A stretch of 64,000 nucleotides of DNA from an uncultured delta proteobacterium (GTDB lineage: Bacteria; Myxococcota; Myxococcia; Myxococcales; Myxococcaceae): assembly GCA_963771175.1 (NCBI GenBank), contig CAVYSY010000038.1, positions 32,001 through 96,000 of the forward strand, in the 5' to 3' direction. The notes below the pieces were generated by a model. The model did not search any database. It saw only the letters and a list, made by a program, of their open reading frames with translations, and was not told where the DNA came from. Positions 61,879-64,000 of the stretch are shown here, piece after piece. The position numbers were made by a program, and so were the translations under genes. Numbering within the stretch: position 1 is the stretch's first letter; each line of letters starts with the position of its first letter.

Positions 61879-63563
61879 CTACCGTGGGAACGGCGAGCGC
61901 TCCTCGGCTCCCGCGAAGGCGATCAGCGCGCCCGCGGTGGCATGGGCATCGCCCTCATCGGAGTCCGTCCCCGTCGTGCCATCCGACAGTCGACCCTCGG
62001 ACTGCTGGTGCCTGACGAGCAACGTCCAGGAGGGCCTCGTGTGCGCCGCCTCCGGCCTCACCCGCGCACTGGAGACAGAAGGCCACCTCCGCCGCCAGGT
62101 CCACATGGCCCTGCTCCACCAGCCAGGGGGTGGCCACCAGCAACTCCTCCGTCCACGCCGCCGCGCGCGAGTCCCGGAGCGGGGCGCGCAGGTAGTGGGT
62201 GTCCAGCAGGTACAGGTGCGTGAGCCAGTAGAGGTCCACCAGGTGCGACATGTCCCGGTAGGCGCGCTCGGGGACGAGCAGGCGCACGTCCAGTCCACAC
62301 GAGGCGGCCATCTCTCCCAGCAGCCACGCATGGATGCCGTGGCCCTCGTCGTCGATCGACTCCAGGTAGGCGCGCAGGGCGGACGGCTCCAGGGGAGCGT
62401 GAGGCAGACCCCGCTCGCGGCGCACGTACCAGGCGTCCACCCGGGCCATGCCCACCTCGGGATCCAACCCGGGAGGAAGCGCCAGGGGGACCTCCGCCAG
62501 CGCGGCCACCGCCGACTCCAGTGTGGGCCCCAACCCTCGCCGTGCGAAGGCGCCGGGCGCGTGACCCTCCAGCATGTGCAGCGTCAGCGCGCGCAACGCC
62601 CGTGCCTCATCTCCCTCGCCCTCCGTCAGCGAGAGGAAGGCCCGCAGTGCGCGATCCACCTCATCCGTCCTCGGGGAAGCCGGAGGCGAGGGAGGCCCCG
62701 ACAGAAGGAAGAGGGACGTGGCATCCCGGGTGAAGGCGGGGCTACCGGGCATGTCGTGCACCGCGTCCGCCAGCACCGCGCTCGCGGCCGACGCGGCGTG
62801 CAAGGCCCGCGAGTAGCGCTCGCGGAAGGTGCGTCCCTCCACCTCCACGCGGTAGCGGTCCAACCGCCGGGCTCCGGCCTCCGCGGCGAGCGCGGCCTGA
62901 TGCCCACTCTTGAAGGTGAGGACGAGTGGCACGTCCGGGGGCGGCTCCACCGGCCGGACCGGCAGTGCGGCGGCGCGGGTCAGCTCCGCGAGCACCTCCT
63001 CGGAGGAACGCGAGCGGGCCCGCGTGACGGAGAGGGCCACCTTGGTGTGCACATACCCCACGCGGCCCTCGAGCCCCGCTTGCAGCACGTCATCTCCCGG
63101 AGACGAACACCGCCGGCACCCCGGCCTCCGCCGCGAGCGCCAGCACGAGGTCCGCCTCCGACAGGGCCCGGCCGGCGCACGTCCACGCGCCGAGCACGTC
63201 CACGGTGTGCGCACCAAAGCCCGCCGAGCCAGCCGCGGCATGCATGCCCACACAGGCCACCGCCTGAACGTCCTCGAAGACTTCCGGTGCGTACGCGTCC
63301 TCGGGGAGGAAGCAGGGCTCGGCGGCGGGGTGTAGCGCCTCGGGCAGCAGGTTCATCTCGCCGGAGCCGGACAGGTGGCTGTCACTCACCCGCACCCGCT
63401 GGAAGCCGGCGGCGAGCAGGCCCTCGACCGCGGCGTTCACCTCCGCCGTCAGGAGGGCCTGGGCGCGTCCGTACTCAGGAGTCCCGGAGATGAGCGCGCC
63501 GGGAGTATCCACGCCGGCCACGCCCTCGAGGTCGATGATGAGCAGCGCCCGGCGCGAGGTCAT
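61879..63563 (-). CDS. M55 (DppA-like D-aminopeptidase) domain fused to an unknown helical C-terminal domain; frameshifts near 63098 and 62025
   Basis: DLEGVAGV, EVNAAVEG, DSH, GMHA, AHT, SGDD; C-terminal YWLTHLYL, DLAAEV..CL, HATAGAL. Confidence 0.75.
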
Positions 63564-63572
63564 GGCGCTCGG

Positions 63573-64000
63573 CTACTTCCTGGGAGCACTGGGGCCACCC
63601 GATTTGATCCACTTCGCCAGCGCGAGCGCCGTGGGCTGGTCGATGAGCGAGGCATAGGTGGGCATGGTGGTGCCAGGGACGAACTGCTCCGGGTTGCGAA
63701 TCCACTTCGCCAGGTCCTGCTCGGATTTGGCGGCGGCCTGGGTGATGCGATCGTGGTAGCGGGCACCCGGGGCGTGGCACAGCGCGCAGCCCAGCCGAGC
63801 GAAGAGGGCGGAGGGGTCCACCTCCTTCTTGGGCTCGGCCTGCGCGAGGAGGAGGTCCGCGAGCAGCGCGGGCGCGGAGGTGCGCACGGAAGCGCCGGGC
63901 TCCACGGCCTCGAAGGACACGGAGGCGGGCGTCACCTGGGCCACCGGAGCACTGGCGGAGAAAGTGGTGTTGGCGACACTCGCGCACCCGGACAGCAGGG
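63573..64000 (-). CDS. Cytochrome c-containing protein, 5' end outside window
   Basis: CALCH heme motif, WIRNP...PGTTMP axial Met. Confidence 0.85.
   Translation of the reverse strand, partial: LLSGCASVANTTFSASAPVAQVTPASVSFEAVEPGASVRTSAPALLADLLLAQAEPKKEVDPSALFARLGCALCHAPGARYHDRITQAAAKSEQDLAKWIRNPEQFVPGTTMPTYASLIDQPTALALAKWIKSGGPSAPRK

Overview
High-GC (about 70%) chromosomal segment from a myxobacterium. Family evidence: SitA6/SitI6-type toxin-immunity genes, a DUF2381 gene, a CglB-type lipoprotein and Cys-rich lipoproteins, consistent with Cystobacterineae. Housekeeping genes include ino1, gloA, polX, pgi, a DPP III-type peptidase and a kynurenine/3-hydroxyanthranilate tryptophan-catabolism operon. 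Accessory modules: (i) a tightly coupled four-gene operon with two UbiA prenyltransferases, an unknown protein and a lycopene-cyclase-like membrane protein; (ii) a ~1.57-kb tandem duplication of a sitA6-sitI6 cassette with near-identical toxin N-termini but diverged toxin tips and immunity genes; (iii) a lone two-domain RebB (R-body)-like gene; (iv) a SNF2 ATPase coupled to a Zn-finger partner (YqhH/YqhG-like); (v) a low-GC islet with DUF2381; (vi) a monomodular A-T-R NRPS with a Phe-like pocket; (vii) a signalling operon of a nine-HAMP hybrid kinase, a REC-PAS kinase, a small soluble protein and two DUF5985-like 3-TM proteins. Many genes, including pgi, are broken by single-base indels clustered at 25-27, 32.5-33.6 and 43-46 kb. 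I read these as probable sequencing errors, so ends of broken genes are approximate. No rRNA, tRNA, CRISPR array, transposase or integrase was recognised. Family names come from motif recognition, not from database searches.
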